In this document: positions 1 to 13,889 of the stretch, piece after piece
Numbering within the stretch: the first letter of the stretch is position 1
Layout: every line of letters begins with the position of its first letter
From: Eledone cirrhosa
Taxonomy: Eukaryota
Assembly (NCBI GenBank): GCA_964016885.1
Contig: OZ024740.1
Coordinates: 133,176,001-133,240,000 of the forward strand
Length of the DNA: 64,000 nt
Direction of reading: 5' to 3'
Notes under the pieces: model-generated
Databases searched by the model: none
Told to the model about the DNA's origin: nothing
What the model saw: only the letters and a program-made list of their open reading frames with translations
Translations under genes and position numbers: made by a program

Positions 1-624
1 TGGCGTTCACTTAAAAATAATCTTTAAATAATAAAAATATACAGACATGTATATAATGTAAAATTTATGTATATATAAATGTGTGTTTGTGTACTTATAT
101 ATATATATGTATGCGTGTGTGTTTATATATATGTGGTTGTCTGTGATCTATATACACTGGTCATCGACAGACATACATACACACACATATATATATGCAC
201 ACACATTCACATATATATATACAAAACAACACCACCAGCATTCACTCTCTCTCTCTTCCATTCTCCTTATCTATTTCTTCACCCTCTATGTCTCTCTTTC
301 AAGCTACTCTCTCACAACTACTATCTCTATCCTTCTCTGACTCTGTTTATGAAGATACCCAGAAAACCCCATACCTCGGAGCCCCGTGCCTCGATTTACG
401 CGAATCTTGTTTCATTCAATTTGTATTCCCATTTCATGGGCAACTTCCTTTCAAAGTATTTTGCATCATGCGGCCTTTTGGGTGTATTACATTACAGACA
501 AGGAAGCAGGCAATTGCAGACTTTTAGTAATATATACATATATATATATTATTATTAAAAGTTACTAAAAGTCTGTGATTAATAGTTAACGCTTGATATA
601 GGATGAAGAGTGTCTTAACTTCTC

Positions 625-685
<61 letters not shown>

Positions 686-691
<6 letters not shown>

Positions 692-2168
692 AAGAACACA
701 AGAGCGTCTACAACATCAAAAGATTTTTATTGGCTTACAATGTTTCTTCCTTACGTAACCGTAGGATTCGTCAGAGCTATAAAAGGGGTTTGATTGGTGT
801 TATGGACTCTACCAACAAAACATTCAAGAACATAGAGTAAAGAGAGTAAAGAGCAAAAGTAGGGGACGATAAGTCTAATTTTGGTGCGGGAGGGTGGGGT
901 GTGGGTCCTTGTTTACTAGCTGCGGTCATATTCATTCCCGGGAGTCGGGTGGTTAGCTGAACCATAGATGAGGTGGCGTCGATAGTATGGTGCAGAGGGT
1001 GCGCAGAGGCTACACAAACACAAAGGGCGTACAATATATATATATATATAGCGGAGGCGAAAGTACATGAGGTAATTAGAAATGGAAAAAGAGTAATAAT
1101 AATAATCTATAATTAATAGTGTATAATAAGGCATGGGGAAGATTACACTATAATAAGGTATAAAAGTAAGAATACGGTAAAATATAAAGGAGGATAAGAG
1201 TGGAAATAATAAAGATAAAAAAATAAAGATAAAAAAATATAGAGAGAATATATAAAGAAATATAAGCGAATATTTGGAGGGGAAAACACAATGTAAAAAA
1301 AACGATTTTTTCAAATAATAATAAAAAATATAATAATTATGGGGGGAGGAAACGGGATAGAGAAATATGATCAAGTGTGATTAGTTGAGAGAATATAAGA
1401 TGATAATAGTTATGTCAAGTTTATACATCTTAATAATAAATAATCTGTGTATCAGAGTTGCAGAACCTTCAATTCACTTACGGGTTCAAGCCACGTGGCA
1501 TGGTCCATTGTTTATTTGTGCAGTCATGTGCGTTTGTTTTTGACACCACAGCAGATGCACAAGTTCGTAAATTCCAATGCAGATAGAAATCTATTTTTGC
1601 TCACCCGGACATTGACGGAGGATCCAATATTCCTGGTTCAATATGTGTTTGGTGTTATTTTGGTCGCACAAATCAATCACTTGGTTCAATATATGGAGTA
1701 TGGTTTTCTGGTCTTCGTAACAGTGTCAGTGGTTGTATATCTGAAAATCACAAGGATCACAGTACTCCGGTTTGGTGTGATTATCGGTCATTCAGCTATG
1801 TTGTTGGTGGTTGGATTCAAATCTATTCGCCCGAACGTTGAACTTTGGTGTCGATAGGACATTAACGAGGCATTAACTATCGACACCAAAGTTCAGCTAA
1901 CCACCCGACTCCCGGGAATGAATATGACCGCAGCTAGTAAACAAGGACCCACACCCCACCCTCCCGCACCAAAATTAGACTTATCGTCCCCTACTTTTGC
2001 TCTTTACTCTCTTTACTCTTTGTTCTTGAATGTTTGGTTGGTAGAGTCCATAACACCAATCAAACCCCTTTTATAGCTCTGACGAATCCTACGGTTACGT
2101 AAGGAAGAAACATTGTAAGCCAATAAAAATCTGTTGATGTTGTAGACGCTCTTGTGTTCTTTTTCATA
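686..2168. mobile_element. PLE-type insertion with ~280-bp inverted arms (686-962 / 1891-2168), each carrying a hammerhead; flanked by TA repeats
   Basis: The arms are near-identical reverse complements with 3' ends pointing outward. No recognisable ORF inside. Confidence 0.8.
2076..2120 (+). ncRNA. Type I hammerhead ribozyme motif (mirror copy at 733-777, minus strand)
   Basis: gct-CTGACGA-atcctacggttacgtaaggaa-GAAAC-att-GTA-agc: core boxes, stem I gct/agc, minimal stem III. Confidence 0.75.
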
Positions 2169-2263
2169 TATACGTCTCTGCTCCAAAGCATAGAGCTAAT
2201 TATTATGCTGCCAATACCTTAATGGGACACGGGTATACAATACCTAACTCCTATTAACCTAAG

Positions 2264-2329
<66 letters not shown>

Positions 2330-3320
2330 TTGTTCCACAACAGTTAATTCTCCATTTCCGAGAACAATTTGTTTTACCTTACACGGATCATCAGCACGGT
2401 TTAAATCAGATTATACGGAAAAGGAAAACAATTATACGAATACGCATGTGCAAAAGAAATGTTTCCCAAGGGGAAGATCGATGTGGGGAAACAACTGCGA
2501 AACCTCGGAATATAATACATTATTCATGATATTCTGTCTAGTGGTTGCATCCAGTAGTCAGTCTGGGGCTTTACAATTACGTAATAGGTGTTTCGAAACG
2601 CGCGGGTAACATGAGTAGAACTCAGCTCTTGTATTTAGACAAACGCAATTACGCATTTTCCTTAAGATATTAATTGTTTCTTCAAAGCACAATCCAAAAG
2701 GCGGATTCACATTTCTGTATGGCTACGACTTGGTTATAACTTTCCATTCAATGGAGTAATTCACGCCTACGTCCTTAGGGGACCATATATGGCTTGCGAG
2801 CTCCCAGGGCAATCGTTTTTCTGGGTGTGTGATTGTCGAGAGATGATTCAGGAAGCGTTCTTTAAACATGCCCTACCCCATACCTACGTAGGACTTGACC
2901 TCTTCTTGTTGATTTGGTCGGTTAGAAGTGACTACAGCTTCGTAAATTACAGCGTGCGTTTTACGCTGTTGTTGAAGGGGCAATCTCCAGGCCTTGGGAA
3001 AGAGTATCCTGGTGGGAATCTGCTCTTAGGGTTGTTGGTGATGTGAGCCTGCATACTTAGCACAGGAGTAGCCGAGTTTCAACCTGTGTCTGCTATACAT
3101 GGAGAGGTATTTATGACCTATGAGGAAGTACCTGTCAAGGAGAGGAACAAATATTTGATCTACATTAGTTTTAACGTTAAGTGAGAAGGGGCGGGGGTGA
3201 ACCAAATTATTTTTCTATTAACACGGCTTCTTTCTCTATTGCTGTCGGCTTTAGGAGGGGAGTAAGCAATTCATTCTGAGAAGCGGCCATTAGCTAACAC
3301 CGCGTTGTAATATTATTCTA
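2330..3320 (-). pseudogene. Degenerate PLE 3' part (RT thumb/linker + GIY-YIG endonuclease), same group as the 54199-56088 ORF
   Basis: Manual minus-strand translation gives PPFSLNVKTNV..HKY..LKLGYS, AVIYEAVV..KSYVG and YSIEWKVI..LCFEE..CLNTRAE with stops, colinear with the 54199 ORF. Decayed HHR-like CTGATGAtccgtgtaaggtAAAAC near 2365-2390. Confidence 0.8.
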
Positions 3321-4761
3321 GTTCGATTTGGTTATTGTTTACTATTCTGTTCTCGTTTTCTCTACTATATCTCCCCGTTACAGTGCTTCTGAAATATCTT
3401 TTTTTTTTTATTTGAATCAACGCCAGCATATGCTCCCAGTCAGTTATATCTGTATGTACACAGAGTGTGTAACTGAGACTGCACCAAAGTGAATAAATAT
3501 ATAAACTCATCTGATATATATATTTCGGCATGTAAACATGCGAAAATACGAATTTTGCGAAAATGATAAGCATTTTTAATCGATTTTCGGATGTGCGTAA
3601 ATCATGCAATCAACCACAAGGAATATGTACTTGGTGGGTATATATACCCATTCGATCTTAGTATTGTTCTGAAATGGGCATATTAATGTGCATATAATTT
3701 GCGCTCTTGTCGGTAATTATTTATGATATAAAGAAGTGCGCTAGCAGCCGAAGTTTATGATAAACTTTTATCTGCCTAAATACAGAGTGTATAAACGAAA
3801 CTGTACGAAAATGTAAATATATATATATAAACATGTCTAGTGTGCAGGCATTTATTATCCTGTAAATTGAAAAAATGATAAACATTTTTAACCGATTTTC
3901 GCATGTAATTTAACCTTTAATATACACGTTGGTGCCATTTCTGTCGCACACAGGCATTTCGTTTGTTAGCGAGCAACAGAACACACACTAGAAAATAAAA
4001 AAAAGCACTTAGTAGCGAAAGATGTTATATACTTTATGAAACTGAAAGAGAGACTCTTTTCTTTTCAGCCAATCCCTCACCAACGTTATCAAGTTCCACT
4101 TTGAAACGAAGGTGAGGATGGAGTTGGAAGTGCTGCCCCCAGTGTATTTGTTAAAGGGCAGATGTATTTTGAGTGGTTGGACCATGCACTTGTAATCTGG
4201 TTCATTTGAAGACGAAAGGGCTGCCCTCCTTGGTTGCAATTGGAGCGTTGGGTGGTTTAGGATTGGTGGGTCTGCTGAGTCTGAGTCACTCCTGACGGTT
4301 CTCCCCCCATTGTGCAATGTTATTGCTATTATTTATTTTGTTATCTTTTGTATTACTTCATTCGATTTCATTGTAAACTCCCACTGTCCCTGTCTTTTGT
4401 ATTTCATTGTCCCCTATATTTCGGCCTAACCTTAATCCACCATCTTCTTTATTTATTCGTTCAAATTAGCAGGAAGAGAGTCTTAACGATTCGGAAAATA
4501 ACTCTTCACCAGAAGAATCAGTCGGAAATAGAAGATAAATAGAAAGTAAAGAGTGATGAGATTAAGGACGAGGACTATGCGAAAAAAATGGGGAGAAAAA
4601 AAATGCACTTGCGTATTCAGTTGACAAATACACCAACACAATCCTATAAACATTTATATATGTATGTGTGTTTATATATATATATATGTATATATATATT
4701 GAGTACTTTGGTGCGTTATATATATTGAGTACATTGGTGCGTTATATATATATATATAAAA

Positions 4762-4953
4762 CGAAGGAAATGTGGTAAGGAACCAGATGGATCATAACGC
4801 ACCAAAGTACTCAATACTTAGGGTAGTAGAGTGGGTAATAGGAACGAGTAGGACCCCGAAGGCTGAGCTCAAGCCGTTTCGACGGCTAATTCTGGACTGT
4901 TTTAGTCCAGAATTAGCCGTCGAAAGGGCTTGAGCTCAGACGTCGGGGTCCTA

Positions 4954-4957
<4 letters not shown>
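4762..4957. mobile_element. Fold-back fragment of the multicopy variant-hammerhead repeat family
   Basis: gagtaggaccccg..aattctggact is followed directly by its reverse complement. Matches copies at 16402, 24050, 42538 and 58868. Confidence 0.8.
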
Positions 4958-5010
<53 letters not shown>

Positions 5011-5659
5011 TTGTGTGTGTGTATGTGTGTGTGTGTGTATGTATGTATGTGGAGGTTTGTGGAAGTTACACAAATATTTTAGTATATTTTAGCAGAGCAA
5101 TCCTTATTTATATTTTACATGTTACATTTACTTACATCTCAATATAACATGGCTAAAATTCAAATTTTGCAAGAGAAGAAAACGGTCAAATGAACTAGAT
5201 ACATCGCACTGTCCCCCGCCACCACAATAACTTCTACACTCTCTCCCCACCATCACATATCATTACCCTATCTAGACTAAAGTCATCGACCTGTTGTCAA
5301 ACTCTCTACTCTCTGTTGAATGTGTATATATATATATGTATGTATATGTGTGTATATACATCACTCAGTCAAACGACCAGATTTCAACCCCAACATCTAC
5401 AACAACAACACCGGCACTAATGTTTACAGCAACAACAGCTTCAGAATGAACTGAAATCAACATTTACAACAACAACAACAGCGGCATCAAATGATAAAAA
5501 AAAAATTTTAAAAAAATCAAAATAACACAACACACACACACACACACACGTACACAACACAACAACAACATCAGCTGCCACCGCCACCACTGCCACCGCC
5601 ACCAATGCCGCCGCCGCTATCACCATCACCAGCGACCGGGCCTTAAGAAAACAACTTTA

Positions 5660-5812
5660 ATAATAATTTTTCTGCTTTGGCACGGATCCAGCGACTGGCC
5701 CAGCGCATCACTGGTACTCTCTTTTGTTGACTCCGTGGGGATGAAAGGCAAGGTTCACCTCGGCGGGATTTAAGCTCAGAGCGTGGAGCGCCATAACTCT
5801 ATGCTGTAAAGC
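5660..5812 (-). mobile_element. tRNA-derived SINE, degenerate
   Basis: Matches the SINE copies at 29010 and 33543 (ggatgaaaggcaa..cctcggcgggattt). Confidence 0.75.
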
Positions 5813-5914
5813 AATTATAATAATACTGGACTGTAGTACGATTGGCTTCAACTATACAAACTCTTGAAAGTCAACAGTTGACATAATCTTGTAATCTTGT
5901 ATCAGAAATGACGG

Positions 5915-5992
<78 letters not shown>

Positions 5993-6457
5993 GTGTGTGT
6001 GTGTGTGTGTGTAAGTGAGTAGAGTAGCGTGTGTGTGTTTGTTTGTATGTATGAGTGTTGCTGTGTGCGCGCATATGTATGCGCGTGTGTGTATGTCGTA
6101 CGTATAAGTGTCAATAAGTGATTTTTTTTTTTTTTGCGCGCGCGGAGACAGAAATAATCGGGCTGGATGCCCGATCGCGCAGTTAAACCACTGGGAGTGA
6201 AGAACCCCTAGCCCTTGTCAGGGCATTCTTCTAGGAGAAGGCATCTCAGGAAACTGGGTTAACTCCGACATAAAACCTGCGGCTCAGTAGTTACCGATGA
6301 TGTTGATCTTTTCTTCTTTTCGGGTTATAGCTACTGTCGCTCAGAGAGTGGGATTGGCTCAATGCACAGTCTTTCCTCACATTAAAAATATTCGTCACGC
6401 ACAGGCATTGCACGAGTACATTAATAATTATTAATAGTGTACTATTATTATTATTGT

Positions 6458-6601
6458 TATTCCTTGAATCTCAGTCATTGATGTTGGTTAACTGGAAAGT
6501 CCGTTGGATTGAATATCAAGCCACTACCTGCAGCCTCAGATATTCAGGACGTATCGGAGGGTTCTTGCCGTTCCAAGCAAGCATGCCTTTTGAAGCGTTC
6601 C
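6458..6601 (-). mobile_element. 3'-terminal fragment of an R4/Dong-like element inside the RTE 5' region
   Basis: Minus strand reads GTLQKACLLGTARTLRYVLNI*, then a short UTR and (TAA)n. Flanked by a duplicated ttaatagtgtactattattatt (~6431 and ~6603). Confidence 0.75.
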
Positions 6602-6614
6602 ATTAATAGTGTAC

Positions 6615-6668
<54 letters not shown>

Positions 6669-6844
6669 TATTATTGCTTTTTTTTTTTTTTTTTTTTTCA
6701 ATTCAATGATGTCCAGAACAATATAAAAGAGATAATTGGCAATATAGGTTTCTGGAACAAAAAAGATCATTGGCAATAAGGGCAGGGTAGCCAGGTTATC
6801 ACAGCCTGGGCCTGCTCGTCATCGTGCCATTGTAATAGAACCAA

Positions 6845-9800
6845 ACAAGGCATTTAGTCTTGGCTGCTGGAACGTACGGACGCTGCTTGACAGGGATTCC
6901 TTGGAGCGTCCTGAACGAAGGACCGCTCTTGTTGCAAAGGAGCTTCGACGTTACGATCTTCACGTCGTGGCTTTATCTGAGACGAGGTTAGCTGGAGATG
7001 GTCATCTTACGGAATTTTGTGGAGAATATACATTCTTCTGGAAAGGAAGAGATGAAGGAACCAGAAGAGAGGCTGGGGTAGGATTTGCTGTTAAGACTGT
7101 ACCTGTGAACAAATAAGAAGAATTCCCAGTAGAGATTAGTGAGCGTCTTATGTCCATGAGAGTTCCGCTGGACAAGGGAAGATATGCTACCGTGGTGAGT
7201 GTGTATGCTCCAACTATGAGTTCTGTCGATAAGGAAAAGGTGTCCTTTTACCATGCCTTGAAAGGTGTTTTAAGAAATATCCCTCAGGCAGACAAAGTCA
7301 TCGTGCTTGGTGACTTTAATGCTAGAGTGGGTAGGGATTTTAACACATGGAATGTAATCGGAAGGCATGGGGTGGGAAAGTGTAACAGCAATGGTATGCT
7401 CCTGCTGCAGATGTGTGAGGAGCTGGATCTGTGTGTTACCAACACCATGTTCCAACAAAAGAACAAATTCAAGACCACATGGATGCATCCTGCATCTAAG
7501 GAATGGCATCTTTTGGACTACGTCCTAGTCAGGATGCGTGACAGACAGGATGTGCAGTCTGTTCGTGTTCTTCGTGGAGCTGAGTGCTGGACGGACCACC
7601 GCCTGGTACGCGCAAAAGTGAAACTAATCACTAAACGTAAAATCCGGGCTTCTGGTGTTGCCCTGCCCAAAAGATTGAATGCTGCTCGTCTTAAGGATAA
7701 AAATGTGAAGTGGACATTGGAAGAAGAGATGCAGGCTGCATATCTTGGTGAGGATTGGCTGACCCTTAAAAAGTCGGTTCATGATGTAGGCAGGCGTGTT
7801 CTGGGATTGGCGCAGAGGAAACATCAGGACTGGTTTAATGAGAATGATGTACATATAGAAGACTTGTTGGCTGATAAGAGGCGTGCTCTGTCACGCTACT
7901 TGACGGCAAAACCACAGGAGAGGAATACGTTGCATGAGGAACTCAGGGATGTAAAATCACGTGTTAGGCGGAGTCTTTCTCAGATGAAGGATCAGTGGTG
8001 GAGTGAGAAGGCTGGTGAGATACAAACTGCGTCTGATTCCAATAACACAAAGCTGTTGTACAGTCTCTTGCGTGGGGTTTATGGACCGTCTTCTTCTCTG
8101 GTGACACCGCTTCGCAGCACGGTTGGCAAAGAACTTCTTCGTGACTCACAAGGAATTCTACGAAGGTGGCGAGAGTACATTGATGATCTTTTGAATCAGC
8201 CATCTGTCATCAGTGAAGATTTCCTCAATCTCATTCCAGAAAGTCCTGTGAAAGTAGCTCTCGCAGAATCTCCGACGCTTGTGGAGGTTGCAGTGGCTAT
8301 TTCGAAGCTGAACAGTGGAAGATCTCCAGGTATGGATGGCATACATGCTGAGCTCCTACAATATGGTGGTGAGAGACTCCTGCAACATCTTCACTCTTTG
8401 TTTGGCAGGATATGGGCTAATGAATCCGTACCTGAGGACTGGAGAGATGCAGTAATGGTGGTCTTGTACAAGGGAAAGGGTAACTGGAACGATTGTGGGA
8501 ACTGCAGGGGTATATCATTGCTTTCTGTCGTAGGGAATGTTTTATGTAGGGTGCTTCTGGACCGTCTGCTGACACACATTGCAGATTGTGTTCTTCCTGA
8601 AAGTCAATCTGGTTTTCGTGCTGGACGCGGCACTACTGATATGATCTTCTCAGCTAGACAGCTCCAGGAGAAGTGCATGGAACAAGGCTTGGATCTGTAT
8701 CAGGTTTTTGTCGATCTGACAAAAGATTTCGATACTGTTAACAGAGATGCATTATGGAAGGTTCTCCAGAAACTTGGTTGCCCTGATAAGTTCCTTGCTT
8801 TAGTTAGGTCTTTCCATGACGACATGAAGCCTTATGTTAATGTCGGGGGTAACATGTCGGAGCCTATCTCAATAAAAAATGGAGTGAAACAGGGGGATAT
8901 TCCAGCACCGACCTTGTTTGCCATATACTTTGCAATGGTTTTCTGTATTGCATTCAGGAATTGCGAGCATGGTGTTTACATCCGATATCGAACCTAAGCA
9001 GCATATTTAACATCAGGCGCTTTACTGCGAAGACAAAAGTATTTACATCAATCATAAGAGACCTCTTGTATGCAGATGATTGCGATCTTGTAGCGCACAC
9101 AGAGAGTTATATGCAGTACATTTTGAATGCATTTTCTGACGCTTGCACTGCCCTAGGTCTGACTGTCAGTCTCAAGAAAACCGTCGTCATGTACCAACCT
9201 GCCCCTGGTAAGCAGTACACCGAACCAAACATCTATGTGTATGGCAAACGACTTGGAGTGGTTGATCAGTTTGTCTACCTGGGAAGCACTGTCAGTCGAT
9301 ACAGCAACCTTGACAGTGAAATCTCACTTAGGATTAGGAAAGCAAGTGATGCTTTTGGAAAGCTAGAAAGGCGACTCTGGGGTCGTCGAGACATATGCAG
9401 GAGGACAAAGGTAAAGGTGTACAGGGTATGTGTGCTCTCTTGTCTTCTTTATGCCTGCGAGACCTGGGTCACATATCGACACCACCTTAAGCAATTGGAG
9501 CGTTTCCATCAGATGTGTCTCAGACAGATCCATGGCGTTCACTGGAGTGACCCACATCAGTGATGTCGAGATTTTGGAAATCTCTATGTGTGACAGTATA
9601 GAAGCTCTTGTGATTAAGCAACGACTCTGTTGGAGTGGTCACCTTGCCAGGATGAAGGATTCTAGAATACCAAAACAACTCTTTTATGGAGAGTTGGTTA
9701 AAGGAAAACGACCGCCACATAAACCAAAAAAGAGGTATAAGGATTCCTTGAAAGCCTCCTGAAAGACGCTAACATCTCTGCTGATACATGGGAGAATATT

Positions 9801-10250
9801 GCTGCTGATCGTAATAAATGGAGAAAGACTGTATATGAGGGAAAAGTTGCCTTTGAGGCATCTCGAATCGCATACGAGAAAGTAAAGCGGGATGTGAGGA
9901 AGGGCATTGCTGTTGCACTTCCAGACGGCGAGGGTCCTCCTATGGTGCTGACACGCAGCGTATGTGCGAGACTCTGCCTAAGCAAAGCTGGACTCAAAAG
10001 TCATCTTCGCAGTCATAAAGTAAGACCAGTGGTTGACTACCAGGCTGCTGTTGGAGATGCTACTCATCATGCTTGCCAAACATGTGGTAGAGAATGTAAA
10101 TCAGCAGGAGGGCTCAAGCGACATGCAAAAGTACACGAACTCCAACCACAGCCGACTATTCCCAGTGAATGTTTTGGTTGCCGACTCTATGCAAGACATT
10201 TTAGATCATTGGCTGGGTTAAAAAGCCACATTCGATCGCAGCGCTGTTAG
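6845..10250 (+). pseudogene. RTE ORF (APE endonuclease - reverse transcriptase - C2H2-like fingers), broken by stops and frameshifts
   Basis: WNVRTL, ALSETR, VLGDFNARVG, TDHRLV, SPGMDGI, QSGFRAGRGTTD, GVKQGD, LLYADD, LLYACETW across ORFs 6901, 7150, 8961, 9430 and 9894. Confidence 0.92.
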
Positions 10251-10336
10251 TTGCTATCGTGTGTGTGTGTGTGTAGATATGCTTATGTGTGTGCGTGTGT
10301 GTGTATATGTGTGTGTGAGTATGTGTGTGTGTGTGT

Positions 10337-10387
<51 letters not shown>

Positions 10388-10396
10388 ATATGTATG

Positions 10397-10427
<31 letters not shown>

Positions 10428-12681
10428 TTCTTTTTTTTCTTTTTATTTATTTATTATTTTTATTTTTTCCTCTTCGTGCAATGGCCATACTCGATAACGA
10501 GGGAGCAGCCATCATGTATGTATGTATGTATGTATGAATCCATATATGTGTATAGATAGGCTCTCTGAATTCAGATGGATTTTATGAGAAAATAAATTAT
10601 AATTATTATATGCGATTCTGTTCTCAAAGGACTTCATGACAGTACAGAAATATAATCTATGGTTCACAATGACCCTAATTTACTATATAAGGCTAATGCT
10701 TTTTTTGTTATTATTGTTTTTGTTTCGCGAAAATTTGGTATCCTAGCCAATGGAGATTCTTCACATCGATCATTCAATTATTCAATGCCATTCATTGAAC
10801 ATCTTTAAGCGGCATATTGTCTAGTTTTTTCGCCTTTGGTAATACCTTACCTACAAAGAGTTTCTGTAACCAAAATAAAGCTCCAGTTAAAGCAATGTTT
10901 TCTTTATTAGACGCTAGTAGAATAAATAGAGTAATTATTTCAATGGAAATATTTATGTGCCTCTTTCATGTAATCTATTTACAGATTTTTGCACTGCAGA
11001 ATCGATTAGAAAAGTATCACATACGTACCTCTTTAATCAGCAGTGCTACCCTTATCGATACGGTGTATTAGTTCAAATGCAGTTTTCGTGAATTCAGTTT
11101 GATATTCATTTTTACATTATAACATTTTGTCGTGAGTTTATGTGATCTATATCGTTTCCATTTTAGTACCATGTGCTGGCGATATAAATAAAGCGAATAA
11201 ATCAGCTATATAAAATCTAAAATGTCCAGTAATTTTGAATAAAATTACATATACCGGCTTTTTATTCACAAGTGATGCTACATATACCGAATACGAAATC
11301 CCACAGACATGAAAAAATATTGTATTGGAAGTATTGGAAGAGTTATTTTTGTCTTGATATACGATATTATTGAACATATTTATGAATTTATGATAAGATG
11401 TTCTGAGATGAGCTACCTCAATATTTCATTCTTCTTTGAATTGTTTCTCAGCTCATTTTGGTGTAGCTAAATTCATTGCTTTGTTTTACGGTTAATAAAT
11501 CAATAAAATGATAGGGAAATGAATACTAATTAATCTTTCTAGCTGCCAAATATTGCAAATAGGTCCCTGGAGGTGTGAAGGAGACAGTCAATAAGTATCG
11601 GTTTCATGTCATATAATATCACCGCGCTTTGTGTGGGCATTATTGATAGTTAACAATAGAACTGACTTCAAATAGATTAGGTGTGATTTGCTGGAAATAT
11701 ATCACAATAAGAAGAAATAAAAACAACGTATTTGATACAAAAAATTGAAGCAATATTTAGGAAAAAGTTTACAAGATTGCTTTCGAAATGCTAGATTGTT
11801 TAAAGGAGATAACGTATAATGAGAGTAGATAAGTATTTTATATGGTACAAAAGAATATATGGTTTACTGGTTTCATAAGCTATTAAGAAGATCAATTTTA
11901 TCCATTAGTTGTGTTTCTCTTCCAGAAAAATAAATTGTCTTATAGAAAGATCTTTGGCTAAAATGGCGGTCACTAGATACAGTAGATGTTACGTACAATT
12001 ATGTACACTAAAGCTGGCTTACTCTGCAAGAATACATTTCTAATATTACGATAAATATATATTCATTTAACCAATTCCATTTTGAATTGTATGATTTCGT
12101 GAAGGCTGGGACCGTGCCACTTTCTTTCTGTATTCTATCTGGAGACAAAGACCATAGAAACCATTCATTAAATGGACAATTATTGAGCTTAACAATTTGA
12201 AACTTACACTGCTAACCCAAGTCATTTCTTAGAATGACAAAAATGATTTTAAGTCTAAAGTTATATACCCTCTACTTAAATATAAACAGTTTTTAAAAGT
12301 CTATTACTAAAAAATATTTATCTAAACTACTTGGTCATTGCACAATGCAAATGTGCATAATTCCCGTTGAAACATATTGTTTAAATTTTAAATATTTCAC
12401 ATTCATGTCAGAAATAGTTTCATATATACCGTCTAATACTTACGTCACTTACAGTAGCAGAAATGTATGAATAAGTTATAAATTTCGAACATTTGTATCT
12501 CTTCTTACAGTGAATTTCTTTGCCAGATGAATTTCTTTTCCAGGTGGATTTCTTTGATAATTCTAGAAATAGCTGAAGTATTTGAAATGTGATTTTAAAT
12601 GATTAAACAAATTGTATTTATTTGTTGATTTATCAATGTATAGGTTAGGAACTCCGTATTATCAAATAAAAATGTCATCAC

Positions 12682-12782
12682 CATGTTAGATTAAAGGCAA
12701 AATGTAAATCAGATAAAGAGACATTTTAAATATCAATATCATGTTAGATAAAGGCAAAATGTAAATCAGTAAAGAGACATTT
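12682..12782. repeat. Tandem duplication, ~57-bp period
   Basis: catgttaga(t)taaaggcaaaatgtaaatcag(a)taaagagacattt occurs twice. Confidence 0.85.
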
Positions 12783-13784
12783 GAACTAGATATATATGAA
12801 TTAAATCAAATTAACTGAGGTGTATCAAGACGAACTTTTCTAACGTGTTATTCTCTTCATAAATGATACTAAGATGAAATACTATTCAGAAGAGACTCTG
12901 AAATGATTGTTACACTGTTTGTTGTTCTGTGAAAGCTTTAACTGATGCCAGTTTATTATTTAAATAATTTCACATTAGGTATTTTTCTTGAAAATTGTAT
13001 TGAATTATAACACCAAATCCTATACTTTCTCTTATACAATTTTCAACTTTATTTAATATATTTTTGTTCTTTTACTTTTTCACACAGGTATACTGAAATA
13101 AAGACAGCTCCAATAACATTTCCAAAAATATAAGTGATTGAAATCTTGTATTTATTTTCTTTATCGTTATTTTGAATGCCAAAGAATACAGCGTATTTGA
13201 TTAAACAAACACATTTAATTGATTCCAAGCAACGGTCGTTCCTATCATCAGCACTACAAGCATCGATATGACAATCATCATTAAAGGAAAAGCGAAACAA
13301 ATGAAAAGCCTATTTTAATCATAATTATTGACATTTTAAATGCACGGAATATAATTTTATCAAAATTGCCTTTTGCGAAAAATAATATATATTTAATCAC
13401 GGCTATTTAATCGTTGACACGAGAAATGTTAAATATATGATAATTAAACTTTAAATAGATTTAATTAAGGTATTGTTCGTTGCACGAATATAGAGAAAAG
13501 GCTTCTGAACAATTGATATAAAGAACAGATTTTCTTCTGTTTTTCATTTGTATTTAAAAGAATAGCATTTACCTTAGGTGGTTAGATTGTGACCTACAAT
13601 GATGATTATTGGCAATGTGAAGCCTTTCAAAATGCAATATAGTCCAGTTTACACTCAAATACTGATTGATATGCAGAAATGTAATTAAAATGTCTTTTTA
13701 GAAATAGTAAACCCCAGCTATGAATTTGAAGTCATAGTTACAGTCAAAGTTTATAAACACACACACGCCAACACATACACACAC

Positions 13785-13889
<105 letters not shown>

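Larger units (their letters stand above)
6150..10535 (+). mobile_element. RTE-clade LINE, near full length, inactivated
   Basis: APE, RT and C-terminal zinc-finger frames. 3' end atggccatactcgataacgagggagcagccat followed by (ATGT)n. The 5' boundary is approximate. Confidence 0.9.

Noticed and set aside
340-500. Hammerhead-like layout (ATGAAGA-tacccag..ttgggtg)
   Set aside because: Both core boxes are mutated and there is no GAAA. At most a decayed pseudo-LTR.
79-558. ORFs rich in YI/CV/HT repeats here and throughout the window
   Set aside because: They are translations of (TA)n, (CA)n and (GAA)n microsatellites.
3460-4300. Possible Tc1/mariner remnant (TAcagagtgt starts at ~3460 and 3781)
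   Set aside because: No matching inverted end or convincing transposase motif.
13225-13260. CTGATGA on the minus strand
   Set aside because: No downstream GAAA box or stems; a chance heptamer.
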